NCBI GenBank assembly: GCA_043767805.1
Contig: JAYUGC010000044.1
Location: forward strand, 1 to 16,145
DNA length: 16,145 nt
Reading direction: 5' to 3'
From: Pseudomonadota bacterium
GTDB lineage: Bacteria; Bdellovibrionota; FAC87; UBA2466
The notes beneath the pieces are model-generated. The model did not search any database. It was given only the letters and a program-made list of their open reading frames with translations, and was not told the DNA's origin. Shown piece by piece: positions 7,599 to 15,596 of this stretch (positions are counted from its first letter, which is position 1; every line of letters begins with the position of its first letter). The position numbers were made by a program, and so were the translations under genes.

Positions 7599-9063
7599 CA
7601 TTCTGTTTTGCGCTCTGATGTCGTTTTCCGCTCACGGCGCCGTCCTGGAAGGCCCGGCCTCGGAAGCGACGGTGGCCATCGCCGGTCACACGCTCGTTTT
7701 TAGCCGCCACGATCAACAAGACGTCACCGCCCCTCACCAAGATCTCATGTTGCACGAGACGACGGTGAGAACGGGGTACCGTCAGTATGGGCTTGGCGTC
7801 GAGTTCACGAGCCAGCTGCCTTTCTCGACGCAATCGGGAAACAACAAGCCTTTCACTTTAGAGAAGAAATACCTCACCGCCGATTGGGACAAGTGGAAGC
7901 TCGACCTCGGCGATAGTCACCTGGAGCTGGGTAAGGGTCTTGCGCTGTCTCTGTATCGCGACCCGGTCTTCGGCATCGACAATACTTTAGAAGGCGCTTC
8001 GGCTCGCTACTCTTCGAACGGCATGAAAGCCGGGCTTTTCGCGGGCCGCTTGAACGCGCTTCGTGTCCCGGTGGCTTTGAATCCCGTCGGCTACCCGATT
8101 CTCAATCGCCAGGTCTTCCTCGGTGGCGGCGACATCAAGGGCAAAGTGCTGCCCTCAATGACCGTGGGCGGACACTATCTTTTCGCCGCGAATCGTCCCG
8201 ATAACGGGCCGGGCGTCGATCGACGCTGGCATACGGTGGGCGCCTCGGTTTCCCGCGAAGGCGCGAATGACGGCGTCGATGCTTATCTCGAGAGCAATGT
8301 GCTTCTCACCCAGCGTGTCGGCACCGTCCGCAACGAGAGCCTGCCGAACGGTTTTGGAACGTATGCGTCTTTGAGCTACGTGCCGGCTCCGTGGAAGTTT
8401 CGGATCGAAGGTAAGGATTATCGCGATTACCGCTTCGAGTTCCGCCGCCCCCCGACTTTGGAAGAAGATATCGTCCAGACCATCAACACCCAAGACGTCT
8501 CGGCGGCGAAGATGTCAGCGGAGTATCGTTTTCTCGAAGCACGGGCTTTCACGCGGGCGTCTTATTTGTTCGGCGAAGATCGCGTGAAAAAGAGCCCCAT
8601 CCACCACACCGTTTTGTCGGGTGGGTTTAAGGGCCCCGGAAAAACTTCTTGGGAGATGAACGCTGGTTATCGCTACATGCCTCAAGTGGCCGATCTCACG
8701 CACGCCGGTATCAAGTCGAAGGTGCCCACCTTTGAAGGGCAAAGTATGGAAGTGGGCTTGCGCCGGGTATTCAACCGTACCGTTGTCGGCCAGAGCGTCA
8801 CGCGCGACGATAAGAACATCCTCGACCTGACTTACAATTTCTCGGCGAAGTTCAATCTCGGCGCGGGTGTCGAGTTCGTACCCACCAATACCGAAGAGGT
8901 AGGCAAGCGCTTCTTGAGTGCCTCCGCGACGGTGAAGCTAGGCGCTTTCCTCGCCAAAGCCTTCGTCGGTACGACGAGTGGCGGCACACTCTGCTCGGGC
9001 GGCGTTTGTCGTCAGGTGCTCCCGTTCTCGGGTGGCGCGCTCGAGTCCACTTACTCCTTCTAG
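7579..9063 (+). CDS. DUF6029-like outer-membrane beta-barrel protein
   Basis: Signal peptide, amphipathic beta strands and C-terminal Phe (STYSF). Contains LGKGLALSLYRDPVFGIDNTLEG and a C-terminal GGTLCSGGVCRQV motif that I recall as typical of DUF6029, which usually sits beside a TlpA gene. Confidence 0.75.
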   Translation: MQARRTSILFCALMSFSAHGAVLEGPASEATVAIAGHTLVFSRHDQQDVTAPHQDLMLHETTVRTGYRQYGLGVEFTSQLPFSTQSGNNKPFTLEKKYLTADWDKWKLDLGDSHLELGKGLALSLYRDPVFGIDNTLEGASARYSSNGMKAGLFAGRLNALRVPVALNPVGYPILNRQVFLGGGDIKGKVLPSMTVGGHYLFAANRPDNGPGVDRRWHTVGASVSREGANDGVDAYLESNVLLTQRVGTVRNESLPNGFGTYASLSYVPAPWKFRIEGKDYRDYRFEFRRPPTLEEDIVQTINTQDVSAAKMSAEYRFLEARAFTRASYLFGEDRVKKSPIHHTVLSGGFKGPGKTSWEMNAGYRYMPQVADLTHAGIKSKVPTFEGQSMEVGLRRVFNRTVVGQSVTRDDKNILDLTYNFSAKFNLGAGVEFVPTNTEEVGKRFLSASATVKLGAFLAKAFVGTTSGGTLCSGGVCRQVLPFSGGALESTYSF

Positions 9064-9085
9064 GGCTTAGTGGTAGGCTCATCTC

Positions 9086-9577
9086 ATGAGCCGCTATTTT
9101 TTGCTTTTTTTCCTTTCGTTTCCAGCCTTCGGGGCGGACGTCTCCACGTTAAAAACCAACGGTGATTTGGACGCCGCCGTGAAATATTGCGTTAAGAATT
9201 TTCCCAAGGGAGCGACTTCCTCGCAGGAGGGTTTCGAGGAGTGCGTTCGCTCGGCACTGGCGACGTATTTCAATGCCGTGGTGAAGCTCACCTGGGCGAC
9301 TGATCCTAAGACGCCGCTCGTAGCGGCGGCCGCCGCGCCCACCAATACGCCGGTGCCCACGCCCGCGATCGATCGCGCGAAGGAAGAAGCGCGCGCCAAG
9401 GAACAATTTAAGATCCTCGTGAAGTCGGTCACGTGTCAGCGTTGTCACGTCGGTCTAAATGCCTCGCAGTATACGCTCTCGCAAATGCACGCGGTGCTGA
9501 CTACGCCGTCGCATCAGGAACATTTGGGCCCCAAGGATCAAGAGCTCATTAGAAAGCTTGGGACGATGGTCCAGTGA
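9086..9577 (+). CDS. Secreted protein with a single heme c-binding motif (putative c-type cytochrome)
   Basis: Signal peptide ending PAFG-A, CQRCH motif, downstream Met/His candidate ligands, and a Pro/Ala-rich linker. Confidence 0.6.
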   Translation: MSRYFLLFFLSFPAFGADVSTLKTNGDLDAAVKYCVKNFPKGATSSQEGFEECVRSALATYFNAVVKLTWATDPKTPLVAAAAAPTNTPVPTPAIDRAKEEARAKEQFKILVKSVTCQRCHVGLNASQYTLSQMHAVLTTPSHQEHLGPKDQELIRKLGTMVQ

Positions 9578-10026
9578 TGATGACTTATTCCGTTCGGCGG
9601 GCGACTCGGGACGACAAGGAGGCGTGGGTCGGTTTGCGCTCGTGCCTTTGGCCGGACGCTCCTGCCGCCGATCACGCGGCGGATGGAGAGACGATTTGGG
9701 AAAAGTATCTTGAAGCGGCGGTCTTTCTCGCGCTCGACCAGACCGGAAAAGCGGTGGGTTTCGCGGAAGTGTTTTTGCGCGGCTTTGCGAGCGGCTGCGA
9801 CACGAGTCCGGTCGTGTTTTTAGAGGGCATCTGGGTGAACCCCGTCGCGCGCGGAAAAGGCGCCGGCCGAAAGCTCGTCGAAGCGTGCGCGGGGTGGGGG
9901 CGCGAAGTCGGCTGCAAAGAGCTCGGCTCCGGCGCGCTCCTCGACAACAAAGCGAGCCACGTCGCTCACAAAGCCTGGGGCTTTGAGGAGACCGAGCGAG
10001 TGATCTACTACCGAATGAAGCTTTAG
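9574..10026 (+). CDS. GNAT acetyltransferase, AAC(6')-Ic/Iy-like family
   Basis: Motifs WVGLRSCLWP, GFAEV.LR...GCDTSPVVFLEGIWV.P.ARGKG.GRKL, GCKELGS.ALLDN.ASH..HKAWGFEETERVIYY. Translationally coupled to the upstream gene (GTGA overlap). Confidence 0.88.
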   Translation: MMMTYSVRRATRDDKEAWVGLRSCLWPDAPAADHAADGETIWEKYLEAAVFLALDQTGKAVGFAEVFLRGFASGCDTSPVVFLEGIWVNPVARGKGAGRKLVEACAGWGREVGCKELGSGALLDNKASHVAHKAWGFEETERVIYYRMKL

Positions 10027-11079
10027 TTACTTCAGCGACTGATTGAACTTCTTCAGGAAGTCCGGACCCGGATCGAGATCTTTCTCCATCAGCGCGTAGA
10101 GCGCCTCGTCCGGCATCTGTCCGATGTCGGAAAGGGTCGGCTGGTCCGCCTTGTAATAGAGCAGACCAGTGAGAAGCTCTTTCGTTTTCTTGCACTCGTC
10201 GAGAGCCTTGAACGCCGACATCTTGCTAGTCGGGTCATAATCCTTCGTGAGCGGCTTGATCGTGAGGGTCGAGCCGTCATGGAGCGTGATGCTCTGGGAC
10301 TCGCCTTCTTTCGTCTCGATCGCGATTTCGTTGAAGAAGGGAACGAAGCCGAGCTCTTGCATCGGGGTTTCATGCTCTTTCACGAAGTCGTAGCTCTTCG
10401 TCGATCCTTCGTGGTTGTTGAAGGTGACGCAGGGGCTGATGATGTCCAGGACCGCGATGCCTTTGTGGGCATGGGCGGCTTTGAGAAGCGCGACGAGTTG
10501 TTTGCGATCGCCCGAGAAGGAGCGGGCCACGAAGGTGGCGCCCAATTCAATCGCGACGGCGGCGCAATCCATGACCGGGTACGGGTTCGGCGCGCCTTTT
10601 TTGGCGAGCGAGCCCTGATCCGCAGTGGCCGAGAACTGACCCTTGGTCAAACCGTAGGTGCCGTTGTTCTCGATGATGTAGACCATGTCGACGTTACGGC
10701 GCACGACGTGGCAGAACTGGCCCATGCCGATGCTCGCCGTATCGCCGTCACCGCTGATGCCGATGGCCGAAAGCGTGATGTTGGCGAGCTTCGCGCCTTG
10801 CGCGACCGACGGCATGCGGCCGTGGACGCTGTTGAATCCGTGCGACCGATCCAGGAAGTAGGTCGGGGTCTTCGAGCTACAGCCGATGCCGGAGAACTTC
10901 ATCACTTCGTACGGCTGAACTCCCAGCTCGTAGTACGCCTGGATGATGGCGTTGGTGATGGAGTCATGTCCGCACCCCTTACAAAGGGTCGAGGGCTTAC
11001 CCGTGTAATCCGTACGGGGGAGGCCCAGGCGGTTGCAATTTGCGGCCGGTGCTGCGGGTGTCGTCGTTGGGGTAGACAT
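10027..11079 (-). CDS. korB: 2-oxoacid:ferredoxin oxidoreductase beta subunit
   Basis: LCKGCGH, SGIGCSSK, HGR, TPP-binding GDGD...NN motif, YGLTKGQFS and SPCVTFN. Confidence 0.93.
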   Translation of the reverse strand: MSTPTTTPAAPAANCNRLGLPRTDYTGKPSTLCKGCGHDSITNAIIQAYYELGVQPYEVMKFSGIGCSSKTPTYFLDRSHGFNSVHGRMPSVAQGAKLANITLSAIGISGDGDTASIGMGQFCHVVRRNVDMVYIIENNGTYGLTKGQFSATADQGSLAKKGAPNPYPVMDCAAVAIELGATFVARSFSGDRKQLVALLKAAHAHKGIAVLDIISPCVTFNNHEGSTKSYDFVKEHETPMQELGFVPFFNEIAIETKEGESQSITLHDGSTLTIKPLTKDYDPTSKMSAFKALDECKKTKELLTGLLYYKADQPTLSDIGQMPDEALYALMEKDLDPGPDFLKKFNQSLK

Positions 11080-11081
11080 GA

Positions 11082-12863
11082 TTAAGCTCCCAATTCTTTC
11101 TTAAGTTCCCGTTCCACAAGATCCGAGGACAGGGGGAATCCGCCGTAGTAAGTGAGCGAGCGCATCTTGGAGTTGTAGCCGGGAAGGTCCCACTCGAGCA
11201 GGGCGCGCATCTGTTTGTCGCGGTTTTGTTCGACCACGATAACTTTATCACAGCCCTTGATGAACTCTTCGACTTCGGACGAGAACGGATAAGCGCGCAG
11301 GCGCATGTACTTCACGTTCTTGTTCTGGATGCGATCCATGGCCTCGATGACCGCGGAGTCCGACGTGCCGTAGGCGATGATGCCGATCTTGGCGCCGGGA
11401 CTGCCGTGCATGACGGGCTTCGGAACGTGCTTCTTCGCCGTGTGCCACTTGCGGAGCAAGCGGTCGACGTTACGGGTGTACGCTTCCGGGCGCTCGGTGT
11501 AGCGCGCGAACTCATCGTGACCCGAGCCGCGAGTGAAGTAGCCGGCGCGGATGTCCGGGTTGCCGGGAAGGGTGCGGTACGGGATGCCGTCGCCGTCGAC
11601 GTCATTGTATCGTCCCCAGCCGTTCAACTTGTCGTCTTTGGCTTGGAGGACTTTACCGCGGTCGTATTGCGGCTTTTTGTACTCGAAATCGTCGTCAATC
11701 CAGTTGTTCATGCCGAGATCGAGATCGCTCATCACGAAGACGGGCGTCTGGAAGCGCTCGGACAGGTTGAAGGCATCGTTGGCCATCTCGAAGCACTCTT
11801 TGGGAGTGGAGGGGATGACGAGAATGTGTTTCGTGTCGCCATGGCCCGAGCCCGCGCACATGCGATAGTCGCCTTGTTGGGTGCGCGTGGGGAGACCCGT
11901 CGAGGGGCCGACGCGCTGGATGTTCCAGATGACGGCCGGCACTTCGGCGTAATAAGCGAGGCTCAAGAACTCCTGCATGAGCGAGATTCCGGGGCCGGAG
12001 GTGGAGGTCATCGCCCGGGCTCCCGCCCAGCCGGCGCCGATCACCATGCCGATGGCCGCGAGCTCGTCTTCCGCCTGAACGATGGCGTAGTTGAGCTTTC
12101 CGTCTTTACGGACGCGCGTTTTCTTGAGGTAGCCTTCCATCGATTCCGCGAGAGAGCTCGACGGAGTGATGGGGTACCAGGCGACGACCGTGCAACCGGC
12201 GTAAACGGAGCCGAGCGCGCCGGCGGCATTGCCTTCGATGAAAATTTTATTGTCGTTGAGGTCGGCTTTCGCGAACGTGAAACGATCCTTCTTTTCGAAG
12301 TTCGCTTTCGCGTAGTCGATTCCGATTTGGAGCGCTTCCATGTTGGCGTCGATGGCGGACTGCTTCGACTTGAACATGTCGCGGATGACGCCTTTGAGAA
12401 CTTCTTCGTCCAGGTCGTAGAGGTGCTTCATCACTCCGACGTAGAAGAGATTCTTAAGTAGTGTTCGGAGCTTGGCGTTGGTAATTTTCTTCGACAGTTC
12501 CTCTACGGGAAGCGCGTACATGATCATGCCAGGCTTGATCTGCTCCGGCGTGAACTTGATGATGTCCGAGTTGTAGAGAATCGTGGAGCCGGCGCGCATT
12601 TCGCCGATGTCCTGGGCTCCGGTGTCCTTGTTCATGAGAACGGCGATGTCGTCGTGCTCGCGCAAGTTTTGGTATCCCTTCGGGCTTACCCGAATTTGGA
12701 ACCAGGTCGGAAGGCCCTGGATATTCGACGGAAACATGTTCTTGCCGCAGACGCCGACGCCCATCCGGAACAGTGTTTTGTAGAGGATGTTGTTGGAAGA
12801 TTGGCTGCCGGTACCGTTGACGGTGGCAACGCGGAAACTGAAATCGTTAATTAGTTTGTCCAT
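11082..12863 (-). CDS. korA: 2-oxoacid:ferredoxin oxidoreductase alpha subunit (fused gamma domain)
   Basis: NGTGSQS, YPITPSS, QAEDELAAIG, TSGPGISLM and QRVGPSTGLPTRTQQGD motifs. Confidence 0.93.
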   Translation of the reverse strand: MDKLINDFSFRVATVNGTGSQSSNNILYKTLFRMGVGVCGKNMFPSNIQGLPTWFQIRVSPKGYQNLREHDDIAVLMNKDTGAQDIGEMRAGSTILYNSDIIKFTPEQIKPGMIMYALPVEELSKKITNAKLRTLLKNLFYVGVMKHLYDLDEEVLKGVIRDMFKSKQSAIDANMEALQIGIDYAKANFEKKDRFTFAKADLNDNKIFIEGNAAGALGSVYAGCTVVAWYPITPSSSLAESMEGYLKKTRVRKDGKLNYAIVQAEDELAAIGMVIGAGWAGARAMTSTSGPGISLMQEFLSLAYYAEVPAVIWNIQRVGPSTGLPTRTQQGDYRMCAGSGHGDTKHILVIPSTPKECFEMANDAFNLSERFQTPVFVMSDLDLGMNNWIDDDFEYKKPQYDRGKVLQAKDDKLNGWGRYNDVDGDGIPYRTLPGNPDIRAGYFTRGSGHDEFARYTERPEAYTRNVDRLLRKWHTAKKHVPKPVMHGSPGAKIGIIAYGTSDSAVIEAMDRIQNKNVKYMRLRAYPFSSEVEEFIKGCDKVIVVEQNRDKQMRALLEWDLPGYNSKMRSLTYYGGFPLSSDLVERELKKELGA

Positions 12864-12921
12864 GGGACTGGCAAGGCTCCTTCGGTAGAGGACTCGTAAC
12901 CGGTGGCACTAACGGGTTCGC

Positions 12922-12949
12922 ATCTTAGGGCCTTGCCGGTAGGTGTCAA
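12922..12949 (-). promoter_or_regulatory. Sigma70-type promoter for korAB
   Basis: On the minus strand, TTGACA (12949-12944)-16 nt-TAAGAT (12927-12922), about 60 nt upstream of the korA ATG. Confidence 0.6.
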
Positions 12950-13016
12950 TCGCCAAAACTAGCCTCTATCTATACTGAATGTCTGGGCTATCGACAAGGA
13001 ACGGGGACCCGTAACT

Positions 13017-13220
13017 TTAGCCCTGCCTGTGGTCCTCGAGGGCCTTTTGGAGCTCGTTGAGATGGCTAATGAGCTTCTCGCGGGCGGTCTTTTCCTTATA
13101 GAGGTCGCAGCGGTTCTCAAACTCGCCGAGGCGGCTCGCCGGAAAATAGATCTCATCGAAAACCTAAGTGAGCGGCTTTCTTACCGAAGCGCTTTCGATC
13201 GAAAAAAGACCGGACGACAT
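13017..13220 (-). pseudogene. Possible degraded gene remnant
   Basis: The minus-strand frame reads MSSGLFSIESASVRKPLT*VFDEIYFPASRLGEFENRCDLYKEKTAREKLISHLNELQKALEDHRQG*. The part after the in-frame TAG (13166-13164) has host-like GC3-rich codons and a helical, protein-like composition. Confidence 0.3.
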
Positions 13221-13449
13221 CCTAATGAATCGCGAGAGGTTTCAAATATCTCCTGCCCGTCCAGGACCAGTGTAAGGGGCCAGGTATTTGGCGGTTGGCC
13301 TGGATCGTTTCGGCGAGGCCTGCCCTGCATGGCAATGACCTTATGCGCCACGTTTAAGTGAGGTGAACTTAGGAGGTTAAGGCACTGGAGAAAATTTACC
13401 TGACTTGTGGGACCCTGCCTGTCATGGATGGGGAAACGGAGGTCCTCTA

Positions 13450-13779
13450 ATGAAGACTGCATTCTTTGGTTTCGTGCTGGCTTTGGCTCCCCTCTCGGCG
13501 TTCGCTTCCACGGCGGATTGCGGAGTGCCGACGGCGACGTCGGTCAGAAACACTTTCTCGACCAGCGCTCTCGCGAGCATCGCGGAGAAGGGCGGCGTGG
13601 TTCGCGTGTTTTCCTCGACCCGTTACTATTCGACGTCGAACCTTTCGACGATCTCCAAAGCGGCGGCGACCGGCACGAAGGGCGGAAAGCTCGTTCTGTG
13701 CGTTGACGACGATTACTATTCGTCGGGCAATTTGAGCACAATCGCGGGCGCTGGCGGCGAAGTCGTCATCCTCAACTAG
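13450..13779 (+). CDS. Small secreted protein with three internal repeats
   Basis: ATG at 13450 with a GGAGG SD and signal peptide ending SAFA-S. Repeats: FSTSALASIAEKGGVVRV / YYSTSNLSTISK...KGGKLVL / YYSSGNLSTIAGAGGEVVI. Confidence 0.75.
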   Translation: MKTAFFGFVLALAPLSAFASTADCGVPTATSVRNTFSTSALASIAEKGGVVRVFSSTRYYSTSNLSTISKAAATGTKGGKLVLCVDDDYYSSGNLSTIAGAGGEVVILN

Positions 13780-13786
13780 AGGAAGT

Positions 13787-13816
13787 TTGACAAGCCCCGG
13801 CAGATTGCCTTAATTT
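13787..13816 (+). promoter_or_regulatory. Sigma70-type promoter for tRNA-Asp
   Basis: TTGACA (13787-13792)-18 nt-TAATTT (13811-13816), about 25 nt upstream of the tRNA. Confidence 0.55.
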
Positions 13817-13840
13817 GCCGAGTCTTCGAGAGTTTATCGG

Positions 13841-13917
13841 GGGGTGGTAGTTCAGTTGGTTAGAACGCCTGCCTGTCACGTAGGAGGTCGCGGGTTCGAG
13901 TCCCGTCCGCCCCGCCA
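13841..13917 (+). tRNA. tRNA-Asp (GTC)
   Basis: 77-nt cloverleaf: acceptor stem GGGGTGG/CCGCCCC, D arm AGTTCAGTTGGTTAGAAC, anticodon arm CCTGC-CTGTCAC-GTAGG, T arm GCGGGTTCGAGTCCCGT, discriminator G and encoded CCA. Confidence 0.98.
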
Positions 13918-13925
13918 TTTACTTT

Positions 13926-15248
13926 CTAAGATCGCGTTTTCACTAATCTTAAAAAATTTGGATCAGAGCTTGGGGGACATTGGGGGACAGGCGCACTGCG
14001 TTCCTGTCCAAAATTCCCCGCAACGCTGTCCCCCGGGGGGACAGCATCCAACGCATTTTTCGTGAGCACCCCATTGAGGGCGTCCGCGATTTTGTGCTTC
14101 GATGCGTTTGTCTGAGTGACGTATCTCAGCGTTACATTCGGTGAAGAATGATCGAGGTGTTTCGAGACTGCGTAAAAATCGCCCGTCGCCTCGTTGGCCA
14201 GAGTTGCCGAGGTTTTCCTCAGCATATGGGTTCCACGAACATTCTTGATGCCCAATCTCTCCAGCGCCCGGTTGTAGGCTTTCGCCACCGTTTGCCGATT
14301 CATGGGCTTTCCGTTGTTGTGGAAAACAAAGGGCACATTGGGGTTTCGGATCTTTTCGAGTCTCTTCAACTCCTCTACCAAGAGTTGCGGCATCACTAGC
14401 ACCCGAACTTTCCCATTCTTTGGTCTCTCCTTCACCCGGGGTTCCCAGGTGATTTGATCCCAATCAATGGTGCGTTCGATACGAATGATCCGATTCTTCA
14501 GATCCAGAGCCTCCCAGGTCATCCCCGCCAATTCTCCAATTCTTAACCCCAAACAAAACTGTGCTAGGGCCATCGAAGAGAAGATCGGGCTTTTTGACTT
14601 CTTGAGATCCTGCAAGAACAGCGACAACTCTTCTTGGCTCAAGCTCTGAACGGGAGCTTGTGCCTTTTTAGCGATGTCCGCTGCCCTATAGTGTTCATCA
14701 AGAATCGGGATGAGGTAACTTGGGTCGATCCGCTTCCGGTAGAAATTGAGGATCACTTTGAGAAGGTTCAGTTCCTTTTCAAAGGTGTGCCTCGGTCCCC
14801 CTTTCGGGTAACTCTTCACCCAAAACGAGATCAACGCATCAATGAGTGAAGTGTCGATCTCCTCAACTTTAGTACGCGTCAAGAAATCCAGATTTGGAAG
14901 TCGCTTTTCGTATGTCTGTTGAGTGCTTCGTTCGAGTTGCAGAAAGTGGAATGGTTTCCACCGTTCGACAAGCTCTCCGAAAGTTAGCCGTCCATCACTG
15001 CGATGGATCATGTTCCGGGGAGCGTTGTTACCTATTGGGGCCTTTTCAATTTCACCTTGGCGAAATCGAAGCGCATCTTCGAGACTATCGAAAACGGCTT
15101 GCTCCTTTCGGGAGATTCCGTTTTCGACAATTCGCCTCATGGCTCTGTACTTACCCGTTTCTCTCCATTTTTTTGTTTGGCCATCAAACTCCAGTCTTTT
15201 GGAAATTCCTGGATAGTTTCTGACCGGCTGTTCTTTACGTGTGATCAT
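13926..15248 (-). CDS. int: Tyrosine recombinase / phage-type integrase
   Basis: Complete catalytic set: GLRIGE (R), PKNG (K), HMLRK (HxxR), HLDHSS (H), TLRY (Y). N-terminal arm-binding-like and core-binding regions are present. Confidence 0.95.
   Translation of the reverse strand: MITRKEQPVRNYPGISKRLEFDGQTKKWRETGKYRAMRRIVENGISRKEQAVFDSLEDALRFRQGEIEKAPIGNNAPRNMIHRSDGRLTFGELVERWKPFHFLQLERSTQQTYEKRLPNLDFLTRTKVEEIDTSLIDALISFWVKSYPKGGPRHTFEKELNLLKVILNFYRKRIDPSYLIPILDEHYRAADIAKKAQAPVQSLSQEELSLFLQDLKKSKSPIFSSMALAQFCLGLRIGELAGMTWEALDLKNRIIRIERTIDWDQITWEPRVKERPKNGKVRVLVMPQLLVEELKRLEKIRNPNVPFVFHNNGKPMNRQTVAKAYNRALERLGIKNVRGTHMLRKTSATLANEATGDFYAVSKHLDHSSPNVTLRYVTQTNASKHKIADALNGVLTKNALDAVPPGDSVAGNFGQERSAPVPQCPPSSDPNFLRLVKTRS
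13970..14045. repeat. Four GGGGGACA boxes (candidate integrase arm-type sites)
   Basis: Tandem TTGGGGGACA at 13970-13979 and 13980-13989, plus the inverted pair GCTGTCCCCC-G-GGGGGACAGC at 14025-14045. Confidence 0.65.
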
Positions 15249-15496
15249 CTAGTGCCTCCTTTTTGGAGCCACTCAGCGATCTTCACTGGTGAGAAACGAA
15301 CCGATCGCCCTACTTTGGAGTAGGGGATCTTGTTGCCCGACATTAGCTTGTAGACGTGGCGAACGGAGACGGAAAGTTCCCGCGCCACATCGTCCACCGA
15401 CCATACCAACTTTTCAAAGACCGGAGCCCGAGGATTCAAGGGCTTATCGATAGAAGAGATACTACATATAGGGATGACATTTGGCAATTTATTCAT
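15245..15496 (-). CDS. xis: Excisionase-family helix-turn-helix protein
   Basis: WSVDDVARELSVSVRHVYKLMSGNKIPYSKVGRSVRFSPVKIAEWL fits the HTH_17/MerR-like Xis pattern. It overlaps the int start by 4 nt. Confidence 0.88.
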   Translation of the reverse strand: MNKLPNVIPICSISSIDKPLNPRAPVFEKLVWSVDDVARELSVSVRHVYKLMSGNKIPYSKVGRSVRFSPVKIAEWLQKGGTR

Positions 15497-15570
15497 GGCG
15501 TTAATCCGGCGGTAAGTGTTTGATTTCAGGCGGGAAATTTCCGAAGAAAAACTTAATAAATTCTGCTATT

Positions 15571-15590
15571 ATAGTATCATCTGATACTAT
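15571..15590. promoter_or_regulatory. 20-bp palindrome ATAGTATCA-TC-TGATACTAT (operator candidate)
   Basis: Perfect 9-bp arms in the AT-rich xis/fic divergent spacer, 6 nt before the fic ATG, overlapping -10-like TATTAT/TATAGT hexamers. Confidence 0.65.
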
Positions 15591-15596
15591 CAATTT

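Noticed and set aside
9574..10026. GNAT as an MccE-like McC immunity gene
   Set aside because: It lies about 4.7 kb away in a different operon and looks AAC(6')-like rather than RimL/MccE-like.
4907..12461. Long antisense ORFs (4907-5830, 9455-10195, 10279-11085, 11226-12461)
   Set aside because: These are shadow ORFs opposite well-supported genes, typical of high-GC codon bias, with no recognisable motifs.
13841..13917. Functional link between tRNA-Asp and an AspRS-targeting microcin
   Set aside because: It is 9 kb away behind housekeeping genes, canonical in sequence, and explained as an integration site.
13844..14065. 73-aa ORF spanning the tRNA
   Set aside because: It is a translation of the tRNA-Asp gene and att region, not a protein.
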